Shown one piece after another: positions 1 through 10,439 of a stretch of 64,000 nt of DNA. The number at the start of each line of letters is the position of its first letter. Position 1 is the first letter of the stretch. The notes below the pieces were generated by a model, which did not search any database, had not been told where the DNA came from, and saw only the letters and a program-made list of their open reading frames with translations. Source of the DNA: Elusimicrobiota bacterium (GTDB taxonomy: Bacteria; Elusimicrobiota; Endomicrobiia; Endomicrobiales; JBDRNC01); contig JBDRNC010000021.1 in the NCBI GenBank assembly GCA_043811535.1, forward strand, positions 1 through 64,000. The letters run 5' to 3'. The position numbers were made by a program, and so were the translations under genes.

Positions 1-153
1 CCGAAGGGTGTTGAGATGGTGATGCCCGGAGACAACGTCGCGGTTGAGGTGGAATTGATAACGCCGATAGCGTTAGAGAAGCAGGTGCGGTTCGCGATAA
101 GAGAAGGCGGTCATACAGTCGGCGCTGGTGTAGTAAGCGAGATTGTAGAGTAA
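1..153 (+). CDS. tuf: Elongation factor Tu, C-terminal fragment (gene starts before window)
   Basis: Frame 1 reads [12 protein letters not shown]...[21 protein letters not shown], the EF-Tu C-terminus; precedes rpsJ. Confidence 0.97.
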   Translation, partial: PKGVEMVMPGDNVAVEVELITPIALEKQVRFAIREGGHTVGAGVVSEIVE

Positions 154-223
154 CATTGGGATGTTCCGCTTCGCGGGATGCCTTCGGCTAGCGGTCATAC
201 TGTCGGTAGTAGAATAAATAAAA

Positions 224-293
224 CCGGAAGACGGCAGACGTAAGACGGCAGACGGATTAAATCCTTCTCCCGTTTACCACCTGCCTTCTACCC
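224..293. repeat. Heptamer palindromic element, AGACGGC/GGAAGAC family
   Basis: ggaagacggcagacgtaagacggcagacgg ... ccgtttaccacctgccttctacc, before rpsJ SD. Confidence 0.75.
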
Positions 294-317
294 GAGATTT
301 GGAGTCCGAAAGGTAAA

Positions 318-644
318 ATGGTTACAGAAAAGGTCATTACAACACAGAGGCTGCGCATTAGATTGCGCGCTTACGACCACAAGATGCTGGATGATTCATT
401 GGCAAAGATCGTAGAAACGGCAAGGCGTACAGGGGCCAGAATAACAGGGCCTGTGCTGCTTCCTACGGATCAGAAAAAGTACACTGTTAACCGTTCGGTT
501 CACGCGGACAAAAAGTCCAGGGAACAGTTTGAAATGAGGATTCACAAAAGACTCGTTGACATACTGGAACCGTCGCAGAAGACAGTGGAAGAGTTGATGA
601 AACTTGATTTGCCAGCCGGCGTTGACATTGAAATAAAAATGTAA
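318..644 (+). CDS. rpsJ: 30S ribosomal protein S10
   Basis: [26 protein letters not shown] motifs; operon position. Confidence 0.98.
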   Translation: MVTEKVITTQRLRIRLRAYDHKMLDDSLAKIVETARRTGARITGPVLLPTDQKKYTVNRSVHADKKSREQFEMRIHKRLVDILEPSQKTVEELMKLDLPAGVDIEIKM

Positions 645-647
645 TTT

Positions 648-718
648 GATTGCACAGATTACATAAAAGATTACACGGACTTAATATCTGTGTAATCCGT
701 TGTTTATCTGTGTAATCC
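648..718. repeat. GATTACACAGAT-type (9-10-mer) palindromic element
   Basis: gattgcacagatt..gattacacgga / atctgtgtaatc x2. Confidence 0.85.
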
Positions 719-736
719 TGGATAAAAAAGGAATAT

Positions 737-1435
737 ATGATGTTAACATCAATTTTAGGGACAAAAATCGGAATGACTCAGATTTTCGATAAAACAGGGA
801 ACGTCATACCTGTCACGGTTATCTCGGCCGGGCCATGCACGATCACAGGGCTCCGCACGAAGGAAAAGGACGGCTATGTCGCGATTCAGCTTGGCTACGG
901 AGAAATAAAGGAGAAATCCCTTAATAAACCGTATGCGGGTATTTTCAAAAAGCTAAGCATAACACCAAAAAAATATCTTCAGGAATTCCGCGTGTCTGAC
1001 GTTTCGGGATTTCAGATCGGACAGGAAGTAAAGGTTGATATTTTCAAGGAAGGCGAATATGTGGATGTCTCAGGTATCAGTAAAGGAAAAGGTTTCGCGG
1101 GGACCGTCAAAAGACATAATTTCGGCGGCGGTCCGAAGACTCACGGGCAATCCGATAGGCAGCGCGCCCCGGGCAACGTGGGCAGCCAGCGCCCTCAGAG
1201 AGTATTGAAAGGCCAGAAAATGGCCGGGCATCTTGGCGACGAGAAGGTCACGATCATTAAAATGAAAGTAGTAGGGGTAGACAACGAGAAAAACTTCATA
1301 CTGATAGAAGGAGCGGTTCCCGGCGTCAATAAAGGGCTTATCGTGATAAAAAAGACGGTAAAGACAATAAAAGTGCATCACGCGGACGCGAGTGCGTCCA
1401 AGAAAAAGGCAGCCAAGCCTGCCGGGAAAAAATAG
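737..1435 (+). CDS. rplC: 50S ribosomal protein L3
   Basis: GTKIGMTQIF, SKGKGFAGTVKRHNF. Confidence 0.98.
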   Translation: MMLTSILGTKIGMTQIFDKTGNVIPVTVISAGPCTITGLRTKEKDGYVAIQLGYGEIKEKSLNKPYAGIFKKLSITPKKYLQEFRVSDVSGFQIGQEVKVDIFKEGEYVDVSGISKGKGFAGTVKRHNFGGGPKTHGQSDRQRAPGNVGSQRPQRVLKGQKMAGHLGDEKVTIIKMKVVGVDNEKNFILIEGAVPGVNKGLIVIKKTVKTIKVHHADASASKKKAAKPAGKK

Positions 1436-1442
1436 TTAAGAC

Positions 1443-1520
1443 GATTACACAGATTATAAAAGAGATTGCACGGATAGAAAATCTGTGTAGTCAGCAGTTA
1501 AGCAGTTAATCGGTGTAATC
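1443..1520. repeat. GATTACACAGAT-type palindromic element
   Basis: gattacacagatt..gattgcacggat / atctgtgtagtc..atcggtgtaatc. Confidence 0.85.
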
Positions 1521-1540
1521 ATTTCAAGGAAATAACTAAA

Positions 1541-2161
1541 ATGGAAACTAATGTTTTGAATCTTCAGGGAAAAGAAACGGGGAAAATAAGCCTACCGGCG
1601 GTTTTTGAGACCAAGGTATCGCCGGCGCTTCTGCATGAAGTGGCCACGGCTTTTCTTGCGAATCAAAGGCAGGGCACGCATTCGACGAAAACACGCGCCG
1701 AAGTAAGCGGCGGCGGAAAAAAGCCATGGAGGCAGAAGGGCACCGGCAACGCAAGGTCGGGATCGAACCGTTCTCCTCTTTGGAGGAAAGGCGGGATTAC
1801 ATTCGGGCCTAAACCGCACGGCTATCACAACGACATATCAAGGCAGAAAAGACAGAGCGCTTTGAAAATGGCGCTGTCGGCGAAAGCGGCAAACGGCAGT
1901 GTCATGGTGATCGAAGATATTAGTATCAGCGAGCCGAAGACAAAGAAAGTCACTGAGATTTTAGGAAAACTTAAACTTAGCGGAGAAAAAATACTGCTTA
2001 TCTCCGAAAAAGCCGATAAAAATCTGAAAATAGCAAGCAGGAATATACCCGATCTGGTTCTGTCCAACGCTAAAGACATCAATATGTACCAGGTAATGTG
2101 GGCGATGAAGATAGTATTGACGCAGGAAGCGGTAAAGCAGCTCGGAGAGATAGGAAAATAA
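1541..2161 (+). CDS. rplD: 50S ribosomal protein L4
   Basis: TKTRAEVSGGGKKPWRQKGTGNAR. Confidence 0.98.
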   Translation: METNVLNLQGKETGKISLPAVFETKVSPALLHEVATAFLANQRQGTHSTKTRAEVSGGGKKPWRQKGTGNARSGSNRSPLWRKGGITFGPKPHGYHNDISRQKRQSALKMALSAKAANGSVMVIEDISISEPKTKKVTEILGKLKLSGEKILLISEKADKNLKIASRNIPDLVLSNAKDINMYQVMWAMKIVLTQEAVKQLGEIGK

Positions 2162-2195
2162 TCCCGAATAAACGGGATTCTCATAAGAGGAAGAA

Positions 2196-2483
2196 ATGGA
2201 TCCGAAAGAAATTATTAAAAAACCCTTGATAACAGAAAAAGCCACTCAGACAAGGGAAAAAGATAACAAGTATACTTTCATGGTTGAAAAGAAGTCCACG
2301 AAAGGACAGATAAAAGAAGCGGTTGAAAAACTCTTCAAGGTGGAAGTCGAAGGAGTGCATACTTCGGTGATGCCTGGGAAACTGCGCAGAATGGGCATGC
2401 ACGCCGGCTACCGCTCAGACTGGAAAAAGGCAATTGTTAAAGTCAGAAAAGGCCAGGAAATCAAAATAGTCGATGAAGTTTAA
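2196..2483 (+). CDS. rplW: 50S ribosomal protein L23
   Basis: PLITEKA, KEAVEKLFKV, WKKAIV. Confidence 0.97.
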   Translation: MDPKEIIKKPLITEKATQTREKDNKYTFMVEKKSTKGQIKEAVEKLFKVEVEGVHTSVMPGKLRRMGMHAGYRSDWKKAIVKVRKGQEIKIVDEV

Positions 2484-2486
2484 CGG

Positions 2487-2566
2487 CAGTATCTCGTTCC
2501 TAGTATCTAGTATCTCGTAAAAACAAGACTGCGAACGACGAGATACGAGTCCCGAGATACGAAATA
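2487..2566. repeat. Heptamer palindromic element, GTATCTC/GAGATAC family
   Basis: cagtatctcg..gtatctagtatctcg / cgagatacgagtcccgagatacg. Confidence 0.9.
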
Positions 2567-2606
2567 ACTATGGGCCATCCGCCCGATAAAAGGATAGGTA
2601 AAAGCA

Positions 2607-3449
2607 ATGCCAGTAAAAACATTTAAACCATACACGCCGGTAAGGCGGTTCATAACAGTTGAAGATTTTTCCGATATCACAAAAAAGGAGCCGGAGAAAT
2701 CGTTGATAGTCGCACTGAAGAAGAAAGGCGGCCGCAATAATACCGGGATGATAATGGTCCGTCACAAAGGCGGGGGGCACAAGCGTTACTACAGGATAAT
2801 TGATTTTAAGAGAGAAAAATTCGGCATGCCCGCGAAAGTCACGACCATTGAGTACGACCCGAACCGCTCGTCAAGAATTGCGCTGGTTGAGTATGCCGAC
2901 GGAGAGAAGAGATATATCATTCAGCCGGTCGGATTGAAAGTCGGCGATACAATTATGTCGGGGCCGGATGCGGATGTCAGTGTCGGAAACGCGCTTCCAA
3001 TAACTAATCTTCCCGTAGGTACTTTTGTTCATAATATCGAAATGGTTCCGGGTAACGGAGGGCAGTTTGTCCGGTCCGCAGGAGCCGCGGCGCAGCTTTT
3101 AGCGAAGGAAGGCGATTACGCCTCATTGAGAATGCCGTCAGGCGAAATAAGGAAAGTATCCGTGAAATGCCTTGCGACTGTCGGGCAAATAGGTAATATT
3201 GACCATGAGAATATAACGCTCGGTTCAGCGGGTCGCAGCCGTCACCTTGGGATCAGGCCGACGGTGCGCGGTACCGCGATGAATGCTACTGACCACCCGC
3301 ACGGCGGCGGAAGAGGAAAATCAAAGGGGAATAATCAGCCGCGTAGCCCGTGGAACCAGCCGGCAAAAGGCTACAAGACAAGGTCTAAAAAGGTCTGGGA
3401 TTGGATGATAATAAGACGCAGAGGCAAAACGAAGGAAGCGGCACTATAA
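2607..3449 (+). CDS. rplB: 50S ribosomal protein L2
   Basis: [26 protein letters not shown]. Confidence 0.98.
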   Translation: MPVKTFKPYTPVRRFITVEDFSDITKKEPEKSLIVALKKKGGRNNTGMIMVRHKGGGHKRYYRIIDFKREKFGMPAKVTTIEYDPNRSSRIALVEYADGEKRYIIQPVGLKVGDTIMSGPDADVSVGNALPITNLPVGTFVHNIEMVPGNGGQFVRSAGAAAQLLAKEGDYASLRMPSGEIRKVSVKCLATVGQIGNIDHENITLGSAGRSRHLGIRPTVRGTAMNATDHPHGGGRGKSKGNNQPRSPWNQPAKGYKTRSKKVWDWMIIRRRGKTKEAAL

Positions 3450-3528
3450 ATTACATATTACAAATTGCAAATTACAAATTATTGTCTGAAGCCGTAAATA
3501 TGAAATTTGTAATCTGAAATTTGAAATT
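3449..3528. repeat. Heptamer palindromic element, TTACAAA/TTTGTAA family
   Basis: attacat attacaa attgcaa attacaa / atgaaat ttgtaat ctgaaat ttgaaat. Confidence 0.9.
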
Positions 3529-3543
3529 GTTCCGGAGGAACAT

Positions 3544-3831
3544 ATGGGTCGGTCAACAAAAAAGGGTCCGTATATTGACGAAAAACTATCAAAAAAAATA
3601 TTGGCTCTTAACCAGTCAGGCGAGAAGAAAGTTGTCAAAACATGGGCGCGCGCGTCAATGATTACGCCGGATTTTGTCGGGCACACGATAGCGGTTCATA
3701 ACGGAAGGAAATTCCTTCCGGTCTATGTTACCGAGCAGATGGTCGGTCACAGACTTGGAGAATTTTCTCCGACAAGATTTTTTAAGGGCCACGGACAAGC
3801 GCACACGAAAGAAGCGACAGATTTAACTTAA
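3544..3831 (+). CDS. rpsS: 30S ribosomal protein S19
   Basis: [20 protein letters not shown]. Confidence 0.98.
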   Translation: MGRSTKKGPYIDEKLSKKILALNQSGEKKVVKTWARASMITPDFVGHTIAVHNGRKFLPVYVTEQMVGHRLGEFSPTRFFKGHGQAHTKEATDLT

Positions 3832-3833
3832 TA

Positions 3834-3907
3834 TATTACATATTACAGATTACAAATTACAAATTAATGTATTACAATCTGTAATTTGAAATATGAAATC
3901 TGTAATT
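3834..3907. repeat. Heptamer palindromic element, TTACAAA family
   Basis: 4 units plus 4 reverse-complement units between rpsS and rplV. Confidence 0.9.
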
Positions 3908-3924
3908 CCGAATGAAGTGAGGAT

Positions 3925-4251
3925 ATGATGGAAGCTTCAGCAACCAGCAAGTTTCAAAGATACGCGCCGAGAAAAGTTAATCAAGTCCTGGGCTTGATAC
4001 GCAATAAGACCGTTGACAAGGCCATGGAGATACTTGCTTTCACCCCTAAATCTTCAGCAATGCTGATTCAGAAAACGCTGAGAAGCGCAATCGCGAATTC
4101 AGGAAAGCTTAAGAGCGCGGCCGGATTGAAAGTAAAAGAATGCTGGGTAGGACAAGGGCCTGTTCTTAAGAGAATGCGTCCCGGCCCGCAAGGCCGTGGA
4201 ATGCCGTACAAAAGAAAAATGTGTCATTTGACGATAAGAGTGGGGGACTGA
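3925..4251 (+). CDS. rplV: 50S ribosomal protein L22
   Basis: APRKV, SAIANS, GPVLKR; operon position. Confidence 0.97.
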   Translation: MMEASATSKFQRYAPRKVNQVLGLIRNKTVDKAMEILAFTPKSSAMLIQKTLRSAIANSGKLKSAAGLKVKECWVGQGPVLKRMRPGPQGRGMPYKRKMCHLTIRVGD

Positions 4252-4254
4252 TAA

Positions 4255-4284
4255 GCGGGAAGTCGGAAGAAGGAAGACGGAAGA
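4255..4284 (+). repeat. Single heptamer arm, GGAAGAC family
   Basis: gggaagt cggaaga aggaaga cggaaga after rplV stop. Confidence 0.75.
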
Positions 4285-4345
4285 ATTTAAAAAATCGGAT
4301 AAAATACTTAACCTTATCAGGTTAACGACTAAAGGGTAAAAAAAC

Positions 4346-5122
4346 ATGGGTCAGAAAATTCATCCAAAATCTGTGCGATTGGGCTACATTCAAGATTGGG
4401 ATTCTAAATGGTTCAACTTGCGGGAAATGCCGAATTTCATTGAAGAGGATTACCGCATCAGGAATTTTGTCAAAGAGAAACTTAGCATGGCGGCTCTTTC
4501 AAAAATAATAATTGAACGCGCGGGCAAATATGTAAGAATAAATCTTTTAACGGCGCGTCCAGGCATTGTAATAGGCAAAGGCGGGCAAGGGATAGAAAAT
4601 CTTAGAACCGATCTTGAATCAATGACCGGAAAGAAAACTTTCGTTAATGTAATGGAAATAAAGAAACCTGAACTTGACGCGCAGCTTGTGGCCGAAGCAA
4701 TAGCCATGCAGCTTGAGAAACAAGTTTCTTACAGAAGGGCGATGAAACGAGCCATGGAAAAAGCCATGCAGTCAGGGGCGCAGGGCATAAAGATAATGGT
4801 CGCCGGCAGACTCGGCGGAGCGGAAATAGCGCGCAGCGAATGGTTAAGAGAAGGGCGCATTCCGCTTCAGACATTCCGGGCTGACATAGATTACGGATTC
4901 TCCGAAGCGTTCACGGCAATGGGCCAGATAGGCGTAAAGGCGTGGATATTCAAGAAGGAATATTTCAAAAAAACAGAAAGAGAAATGCTTGAAGATGTAA
5001 AAATTGTGGAAAAGGACAAGCGCGAAGAGATAGTTGAAAAGGACACAAAGAAGATACATCAAGAAGTGCAGGAAACGGCTGCCGAAAAACCGATCGTTAC
5101 CGAAGAAATAATAAAAGAATAA
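4346..5122 (+). CDS. rpsC: 30S ribosomal protein S3
   Basis: [30 protein letters not shown]. Confidence 0.98.
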   Translation: MGQKIHPKSVRLGYIQDWDSKWFNLREMPNFIEEDYRIRNFVKEKLSMAALSKIIIERAGKYVRINLLTARPGIVIGKGGQGIENLRTDLESMTGKKTFVNVMEIKKPELDAQLVAEAIAMQLEKQVSYRRAMKRAMEKAMQSGAQGIKIMVAGRLGGAEIARSEWLREGRIPLQTFRADIDYGFSEAFTAMGQIGVKAWIFKKEYFKKTEREMLEDVKIVEKDKREEIVEKDTKKIHQEVQETAAEKPIVTEEIIKE

Positions 5123-5134
5123 AGGGTTATAACA

Positions 5135-5548
5135 ATGTTAATGCCGAAAAGAGTTAAATACCGCAAGCAGCAAAGAGGCCGCATGAAAGGCAGGGCAAAA
5201 GGCGGATACACGCTCGCGTTCGGAAGATACGGGTTGCAGGCGCTTGAACCCGGCTGGATCACGAGCCAGCAGATAGAGGCATCGCGAGTGGCTCTTACAA
5301 GATTTATCAAAAAAGGTGGAAAGCTTTGGATAAGGATCTTTCCGGACAAGCCGGTAACCAAAAAGCCGGCGGAAACGAGAATGGGTAAAGGAAAAGGCGC
5401 TCCGGAGTTTTGGGTTGCGGTTGTAAAGCCCGGCCGCGTTATGTTTGAGCTTGAGGGCGTTGCTCCCAAGGAAGGAAAGGAAGCGATGAATCTTGCGGCT
5501 CATAAGCTTCCGATAAAGACAAAGTATATGGAAAGGCAGCAAATATAG
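5135..5548 (+). CDS. rplP: 50S ribosomal protein L16
   Basis: [21 protein letters not shown]. Confidence 0.98.
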   Translation: MLMPKRVKYRKQQRGRMKGRAKGGYTLAFGRYGLQALEPGWITSQQIEASRVALTRFIKKGGKLWIRIFPDKPVTKKPAETRMGKGKGAPEFWVAVVKPGRVMFELEGVAPKEGKEAMNLAAHKLPIKTKYMERQQI

Positions 5549-5582
5549 CGATTTATCTATCATTCAGAGAGGTCAACACGGG

Positions 5583-5792
5583 ATGAAATCGAAAATATGG
5601 CAGGAAATAAGAAGCATGTCGGTCGTTGAGGTGCAGTCAAAGCTTAGGGAATCAGAAGATAACCTTTTTAAGCTGAGGTTTAAGCATACGACCACTCCTT
5701 TAAAGAACGGGCTTGAAATAAGGACTATAAAACGAAATATCGCAAGATTTAAAACGCTGCTTCATGAGAAATCCATAGCGGCCGGCAAATAA
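5583..5792 (+). CDS. rpmC: 50S ribosomal protein L29
   Basis: LFKLRF, IKRNIARFKT; between rplP and rpsQ. Confidence 0.93.
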   Translation: MKSKIWQEIRSMSVVEVQSKLRESEDNLFKLRFKHTTTPLKNGLEIRTIKRNIARFKTLLHEKSIAAGK

Positions 5793-5826
5793 ACAGTCAT
5801 TACATTATATTACCGAGGAAGGAAAA

Positions 5827-6081
5827 ATGCCAGAGCGTAACCAAAGAAAAGAAAAAACCGGAATTGTAACAAAAGACAAAATGGACAAAACACGCGTCGT
5901 CGAAGTGACACGCCATTTCAGGCACAAACTTTATTCAAAAGTACTGAAGAAGAAAACTAAGTTTTATGTCCACGATGAAAAGAACGAGTCCCACAGCGGC
6001 GACAAAGTGTTGATTACGGAAACAAGACCGCTTTCAAAATTGAAAAGATGGCGGCTTGTCAGCATTCTGGAGAAAGTGTAA
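5827..6081 (+). CDS. rpsQ: 30S ribosomal protein S17
   Basis: KMDKT, HDEKN, ETRPLSKLKRW. Confidence 0.97.
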   Translation: MPERNQRKEKTGIVTKDKMDKTRVVEVTRHFRHKLYSKVLKKKTKFYVHDEKNESHSGDKVLITETRPLSKLKRWRLVSILEKV

Positions 6082-6133
6082 TACGGTACTAGGCAAAGGG
6101 TGCCGTGTATTCAATTATTTATAAGGAATTAAT

Positions 6134-6502
6134 ATGATACAAGAGAGAACAATTTTAAATGTGGCTGATAATTCGGGCGCGCGAAAAATCAGGTGTTTCA
6201 GAGTGCTTGGCGGTACGCGCCGCAGGTACGCGACGTTGGGCGACATCATAGTAGCTTCAGTGCAAGACGGCCTTCCGCAGGCGGCGATAAAAAAAGGCGA
6301 CGTTGTGAGGGCTGTAATAGTCAGAACTGCGAAAGAGCGCCGCAGGCCCGATGGCACATATATCAAATTTGATGATAATGCCGCTGTTATAATTGACGAA
6401 AACGACGAACCAAAAGGAACCCGCATTCTTGGTCCGGTTGCGAGGGAACTTAGGGAAAAGAATTTTGTAAAAATAATTTCTCTGGCGCCGGAAGTTGTGT
6501 AA
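6134..6502 (+). CDS. rplN: 50S ribosomal protein L14
   Basis: VADNSGA, FDDNAAV, SLAPEVV. Confidence 0.98.
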   Translation: MIQERTILNVADNSGARKIRCFRVLGGTRRRYATLGDIIVASVQDGLPQAAIKKGDVVRAVIVRTAKERRRPDGTYIKFDDNAAVIIDENDEPKGTRILGPVARELREKNFVKIISLAPEVV

Positions 6503-6537
6503 GAAGGAAGAATTAAATAACGACTATAGGTGAGAAA

Positions 6538-6849
6538 ATGCTGACGATTAAGAAAAAAGACAAGATTGTGGTTTTAGCGGGAAAGGATAGGGGAAAACAG
6601 GGCGAAGTGCTGAAAGTGTTTCCAGATGAAAAAACGGTTATTGTGGCGAAAATAAATTTTGTTAAGCGGCACACCAAAGCGACGCAATCCGATCCGGGCG
6701 GCATACGGGAAAAAGAGGCCGCTCTTCCGGTTTCAAAGGTCATGCTGGTGTGCCCTAAATGTCAGAGATCGGTAAGGCCGAAATTTGATTTCCTTTCAGA
6801 CGGAAAAAAGGTTCGTCTTTGCAGGAAATGCGGAGAGATGATAGCGTAG
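6538..6849 (+). CDS. rplX: 50S ribosomal protein L24
   Basis: KOW motif AGKDRGKQG, GGIREKEAAL; C-terminal CxxC..CxxC. Confidence 0.97.
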   Translation: MLTIKKKDKIVVLAGKDRGKQGEVLKVFPDEKTVIVAKINFVKRHTKATQSDPGGIREKEAALPVSKVMLVCPKCQRSVRPKFDFLSDGKKVRLCRKCGEMIA

Positions 6850-6883
6850 CGAAGCGAAGCATCCCCGTGGGATAGCTTAATTA

Positions 6884-6916
6884 TAGTATTGAGTTATGGG
6901 TAATGAGTCTTGAGAG
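6884..6916 (+). repeat. Single heptamer arm, TGAGTTA family
   Basis: tagtatt gagttat gggtaat gagtctt gag. Confidence 0.6.
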
Positions 6917-6950
6917 AAAGCAAGAAAACATATATCAAGGAAAAAATAAA

Positions 6951-7517
6951 ATGAAACAAAGCACGCCGAGACTGAAAGAATTTTACCAAAAACAGATTAT
7001 TCCCGAGATGATGGAGAAATTTAAATTCAAGAACGTGAATGAAGTTCCGCGCGTCAAGAAAATAGTGATCAACATCGGATTATCCGAAGCCAAGGAAAAT
7101 ATCAAGGTTGTTGACACAGCGACAGCGGAATTATCGGCGATTACAGGTCAGAAACCCCAGATCTGCCGGGCAAAGAAAGCAATTTCAAATTTTAAAATAC
7201 GAAAAGGCATGCCTATCGGCGTTAAAGTAACGCTGAGGCGAGAGTATATGTACGAATTTTTTGACAGGCTTGTAAATGTATCGATACCTAGAATAAGAGA
7301 TTTCAGAGGGCTTGAGCCGAAAGCGTTTGACGGAAGAGGAAGCTATAATCTTGGGCTTACGGAACAGTATATTTTTCCTGAAATAAACGTTGAAAAGTCA
7401 GATAAGCCCAGGGGCATGAATATAACAATAGTAACGACGGCGAAAAACGACGAACACTCGCTTGCGCTGCTCAGTGCGATGGGAATGCCGTTCAAGAAGA
7501 GAGAGTCGAAAGGATAA
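6951..7517 (+). CDS. rplE: 50S ribosomal protein L5 (start chosen at ATG 6951 after AAGGA; ORF track starts 6903)
   Basis: [19 protein letters not shown]. Confidence 0.96.
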   Translation: MKQSTPRLKEFYQKQIIPEMMEKFKFKNVNEVPRVKKIVINIGLSEAKENIKVVDTATAELSAITGQKPQICRAKKAISNFKIRKGMPIGVKVTLRREYMYEFFDRLVNVSIPRIRDFRGLEPKAFDGRGSYNLGLTEQYIFPEINVEKSDKPRGMNITIVTTAKNDEHSLALLSAMGMPFKKRESKG

Positions 7518-7520
7518 GAA

Positions 7521-7706
7521 ATGTCTACGATTGCAGCAATGGTCAAAATGCGCAAACAGCTGAAATTCGCGACCCGCTACAGGAGCCGCTGCCGTATTTG
7601 CGGCCGTCCAAGGGGGTTTATGAGGGATTTCGGGCTTTGCCGCATTTGTTTCCGTAAACTCGCGCACAGGGGCGAAATTCCGGGCGTGACGAAATCAAGC
7701 TGGTAG
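7521..7706 (+). CDS. rpsN: 30S ribosomal protein S14, short zinc-binding type
   Basis: 61 aa, CRICGR...[15 protein letters not shown]. Confidence 0.97.
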   Translation: MSTIAAMVKMRKQLKFATRYRSRCRICGRPRGFMRDFGLCRICFRKLAHRGEIPGVTKSSW

Positions 7707-7714
7707 AATAACTG

Positions 7715-7798
7715 CAGCAATTAGCGATTGGCTATTAGTAAACAGTAAAGCGAACAAAAGCAAATCAATCACTAATTGCCAATTGCAAATTGCTAATT
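7715..7798. repeat. Heptamer palindromic element, AGCAATT/AATTGCT family
   Basis: cagcaattagcgattggctattag / ctaattgccaattgcaaattgctaatt. Confidence 0.9.
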
Positions 7799-7821
7799 AT
7801 TAATATTAAGAGGTGTTCTAA

Positions 7822-8217
7822 ATGGTTACAGATCCAATTGCAGACTTGTTTACCAGGATCAGAAATGCGAACAGCAAACTTCTTGAAAAGGTAGATATAC
7901 CTTCTTCGAAAGTGAAAGTTGAAGTGGCGCGCATATTGAAGGATGAAGGATATATCGCGAACTTCAAAAACATCGAAGATTATAAACAAGGTATTTTGAG
8001 AATATATTTGAAATACTCTCCTGCCGGCGAAAAAGTGATAAAGGGAATTCGGCGTACATCGCGTCCCGGATTAAGAATTTACTACGGTTACAGAAAATTT
8101 CCTAAGGTCGCCGGCGGCGTGGGCGTTGCCATTATTTCGACATCCAGGGGAATGATGACGAACAAGAAAGCGCACCATGAAAAACTAGGCGGGGAAATAT
8201 TAGGGTATGTGTGGTAA
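7822..8217 (+). CDS. rpsH: 30S ribosomal protein S8
   Basis: DPIADLFTRIRNA, SRPGLRIY, GGEILGYVW. Confidence 0.98.
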   Translation: MVTDPIADLFTRIRNANSKLLEKVDIPSSKVKVEVARILKDEGYIANFKNIEDYKQGILRIYLKYSPAGEKVIKGIRRTSRPGLRIYYGYRKFPKVAGGVGVAIISTSRGMMTNKKAHHEKLGGEILGYVW

Positions 8218-8224
8218 ATAAAGA

Positions 8225-8290
8225 CAGCAATTAGCTATCAACAAAGCAAAAAAAAGACTAATTGCCAATTGCAAATAGCTAATTGCTAAT
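8225..8290. repeat. Heptamer palindromic element, AGCAATT family
   Basis: cagcaattagctatc / ctaattgccaattgcaaatagctaattgct. Confidence 0.88.
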
Positions 8291-8307
8291 ATTACGAGGA
8301 TATTAAA

Positions 8308-8886
8308 ATGAGTCGCTTAGGAAAAAAGTCGCTGCCAATACCAGAAAAAGTTAAAGTTGAATTCAAAAATAGGGTAATAGAGATAACTGGCCCGCTCGGA
8401 AAGATAAATCGGCCGGTTCTTTCCCCGAATTTCGATATTAAGATAGGCAAGGACCAGGTTCTTGTCGAGCTAAAAGGCAATGCACGCGAAGACAATATGC
8501 TGCACGGACTTATCCGGGGAATGATGAAGAATGATCTTTTCGGAGTTACTAACGGATTTAAAAAGGATCTTGAAATTCAGGGCCTCGGATATAAAGCGGC
8601 TGTTGATGGGAAAAGCCTGATACTGAACCTGGGTTTTTCGCATCCCATTAATTTTCCCATTCCGGATGGCATTAAGATAACGGTTGAAAAGAATACGTTT
8701 ATTTCAATCGCAGGTTTTGACAAGGGCCAAGTGGGTGAAATAGCGGCTAGGATAAGGTCATTGCGAAAACCCGAGCCGTACAAAGGGACAGGCGTCAGAT
8801 ACGTTGGAGAACATATAATCAGGAAAGCCGGTAAAGCTGCCGCGGCCGGAGCGGCCGGAGCGGTTACGACCGGAGGTAAGAAATAA
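8308..8886 (+). CDS. rplF: 50S ribosomal protein L6
   Basis: MSRLGK, LGFSHP, RKPEPYKGTGVRY. Confidence 0.98.
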   Translation: MSRLGKKSLPIPEKVKVEFKNRVIEITGPLGKINRPVLSPNFDIKIGKDQVLVELKGNAREDNMLHGLIRGMMKNDLFGVTNGFKKDLEIQGLGYKAAVDGKSLILNLGFSHPINFPIPDGIKITVEKNTFISIAGFDKGQVGEIAARIRSLRKPEPYKGTGVRYVGEHIIRKAGKAAAAGAAGAVTTGGKK

Positions 8887-8891
8887 TAGGA

Positions 8892-8948
8892 CAGTTCGTA
8901 GTTCAGAGTTCCCGCCACTACAACTAGGCGGGCAGGCGTAGTTCGTAG
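8892..8948 (+). repeat. AGTTCGT heptamer arm interrupted by CCCGCC..GGCGGG hairpin
   Basis: agttcgt agttcag agttc[ccgccactacaactaggcgggcaggc]gt agttcgt. Confidence 0.8.
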
Positions 8949-9010
8949 AAGAGACGAGTAAAATCCAAGCGAACTGAGAAAAACATAAACAATTAAAGAG
9001 GTCCAAAGGG

Positions 9011-9370
9011 ATGAAAACACCCCAAGAAAAATTTAATTTAAGGAAAAAAAGCGTCAGAAATAAGGTCTTTGGGACAAGCGAAAGGCCGAGGCTTAGCGTT
9101 TATCGCGGACATAAGCATATCTACGCGCAGCTTATCAATGATGAAAAAGGCCAAACAGTTGCCCATATATCCACGCTTTCACCGGATATTAAAGGGAAAC
9201 TGAAAGCATCCGATAATATTCCCGCGGCAAAGATGGTCGGCGAAATGATAGCAAAGAAAGCCATTGAAAAGGGAATAAAGAAAGTGGTTTTTGACAGGCG
9301 CGGATATCTATATCACGGAAGGATCAAGGCCCTGGCTGACGCCGCGCGCCAAGCAGGACTTGAGTTTTAG
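9011..9370 (+). CDS. rplR: 50S ribosomal protein L18
   Basis: [30 protein letters not shown]. Confidence 0.98.
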   Translation: MKTPQEKFNLRKKSVRNKVFGTSERPRLSVYRGHKHIYAQLINDEKGQTVAHISTLSPDIKGKLKASDNIPAAKMVGEMIAKKAIEKGIKKVVFDRRGYLYHGRIKALADAARQAGLEF

Positions 9371-9381
9371 TCGAAAATTGA

Positions 9382-9443
9382 TTATTGCAGATCTTGGTTT
9401 TTTTGCTTATAATCTGCAATTTGAAATATTAAATCTGAAATTG
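9382..9443. repeat. Degenerate TTACAGA-family element
   Basis: attgcagat / aatctgc aatttga aatatta aatctga aatt. Confidence 0.7.
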
Positions 9444-9462
9444 TCTTTATTGGAGGTTTAAC

Positions 9463-9963
9463 TTGGTTGAAGAAATTAGAACCCAAAAAGAGAGTCCTTA
9501 TAGAGAATTTGTAGTTTCCATAAACCGCGTCGCGAAAGTCGTGAAAGGCGGAAAACGTTTTTCGTTCAATGCTCTTGTGGTTGTCGGCGACGGTAAAGGA
9601 AAAGTAGGTTGTGCCATGGGCAAGGCGAAAGAAGTGCAGGCGGCCATACAGAAAAGCACTACGCGCGCGGCGAAGAACATGATTTCCATACCCATTTTAG
9701 GAACTACTATCCCCCATGAAGTTCTGGGCAAAGCCGGAGCGGGCAGGGTTTTACTAAAACCGGCGGCTCCGGGTACCGGCGTTATAGCAGGAGGGCCTGT
9801 CCGCGCGGTGCTTGAAGCCGCGGGCATCAAGGATATCCTGACGAAATCGCTGAGATCATCCAATCCATTCAATGTGGTCTACGCGACACTGGAAGCCCTT
9901 AAATTACTAAGAACAAAAGAAGAAATAGCAAAGTTAAGGAATAAAGAGGTCAGCGACTTATGA
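9463..9963 (+). CDS. rpsE: 30S ribosomal protein S5 (TTG start after GGAGG)
   Basis: [23 protein letters not shown]. Confidence 0.98.
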   Translation: MVEEIRTQKESPYREFVVSINRVAKVVKGGKRFSFNALVVVGDGKGKVGCAMGKAKEVQAAIQKSTTRAAKNMISIPILGTTIPHEVLGKAGAGRVLLKPAAPGTGVIAGGPVRAVLEAAGIKDILTKSLRSSNPFNVVYATLEALKLLRTKEEIAKLRNKEVSDL

Positions 9964-10406
9964 TAGGTCTTAATAATCTTAAACCAGCGCCAGGTTCACG
10001 GCACAGAAAAAAAATAGTTGGACGCGGAGAAGGCTCGGGGCACGGTGGTTCATCCACGCGCGGCAGGAAAGGCCAGACCGCGAGATCGGGCGACGGAAAA
10101 ATGTCCGGTTTTGAAGGCGGTCAGATGCCGCTTGTCAGAAGAATACCTAAAAGAGGTTTTACAAGCAGGTTCCGCAAAGAGTTTGAAATTGTCAATATAG
10201 ACAGTATCGGGCAGGTTTTTGATGCCGGAGCCGAAGTTAACGTTGAAAAGATGAAAGCGGCCGGGCTTGTAAAGAGGGGGCTTCCGGTAAAGATACTCGG
10301 CGGTGGCGAACTGAAAAAGGCGCTGAAAATAAAAGCGGACGCTTTTTCAAAATCGGCGGAAGAAAAGGTCAAGGCGGCAGGCGGCACTATAGAAAAAACG
10401 GTTTAA
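9960..10406 (+). CDS. rplO: 50S ribosomal protein L15
   Basis: [25 protein letters not shown]. Confidence 0.98.
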   Translation: MIGLNNLKPAPGSRHRKKIVGRGEGSGHGGSSTRGRKGQTARSGDGKMSGFEGGQMPLVRRIPKRGFTSRFRKEFEIVNIDSIGQVFDAGAEVNVEKMKAAGLVKRGLPVKILGGGELKKALKIKADAFSKSAEEKVKAAGGTIEKTV

Positions 10407-10431
10407 CAGTTTAATGGTTTAAGCCGTTTAA
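10400..10431 (+). repeat. GGTTTAA-type arm overlapping rplO stop
   Basis: ggtttaacagtttaatggtttaagccgtttaa. Confidence 0.55.
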
Positions 10432-10439
10432 GGAACGAA

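Noticed and set aside
4960..5122. Charged tails on S3, L3, L6, S11 and S13
   Set aside because: Low-complexity terminal extensions are common in ribosomal proteins and show no 7-nt periodicity.
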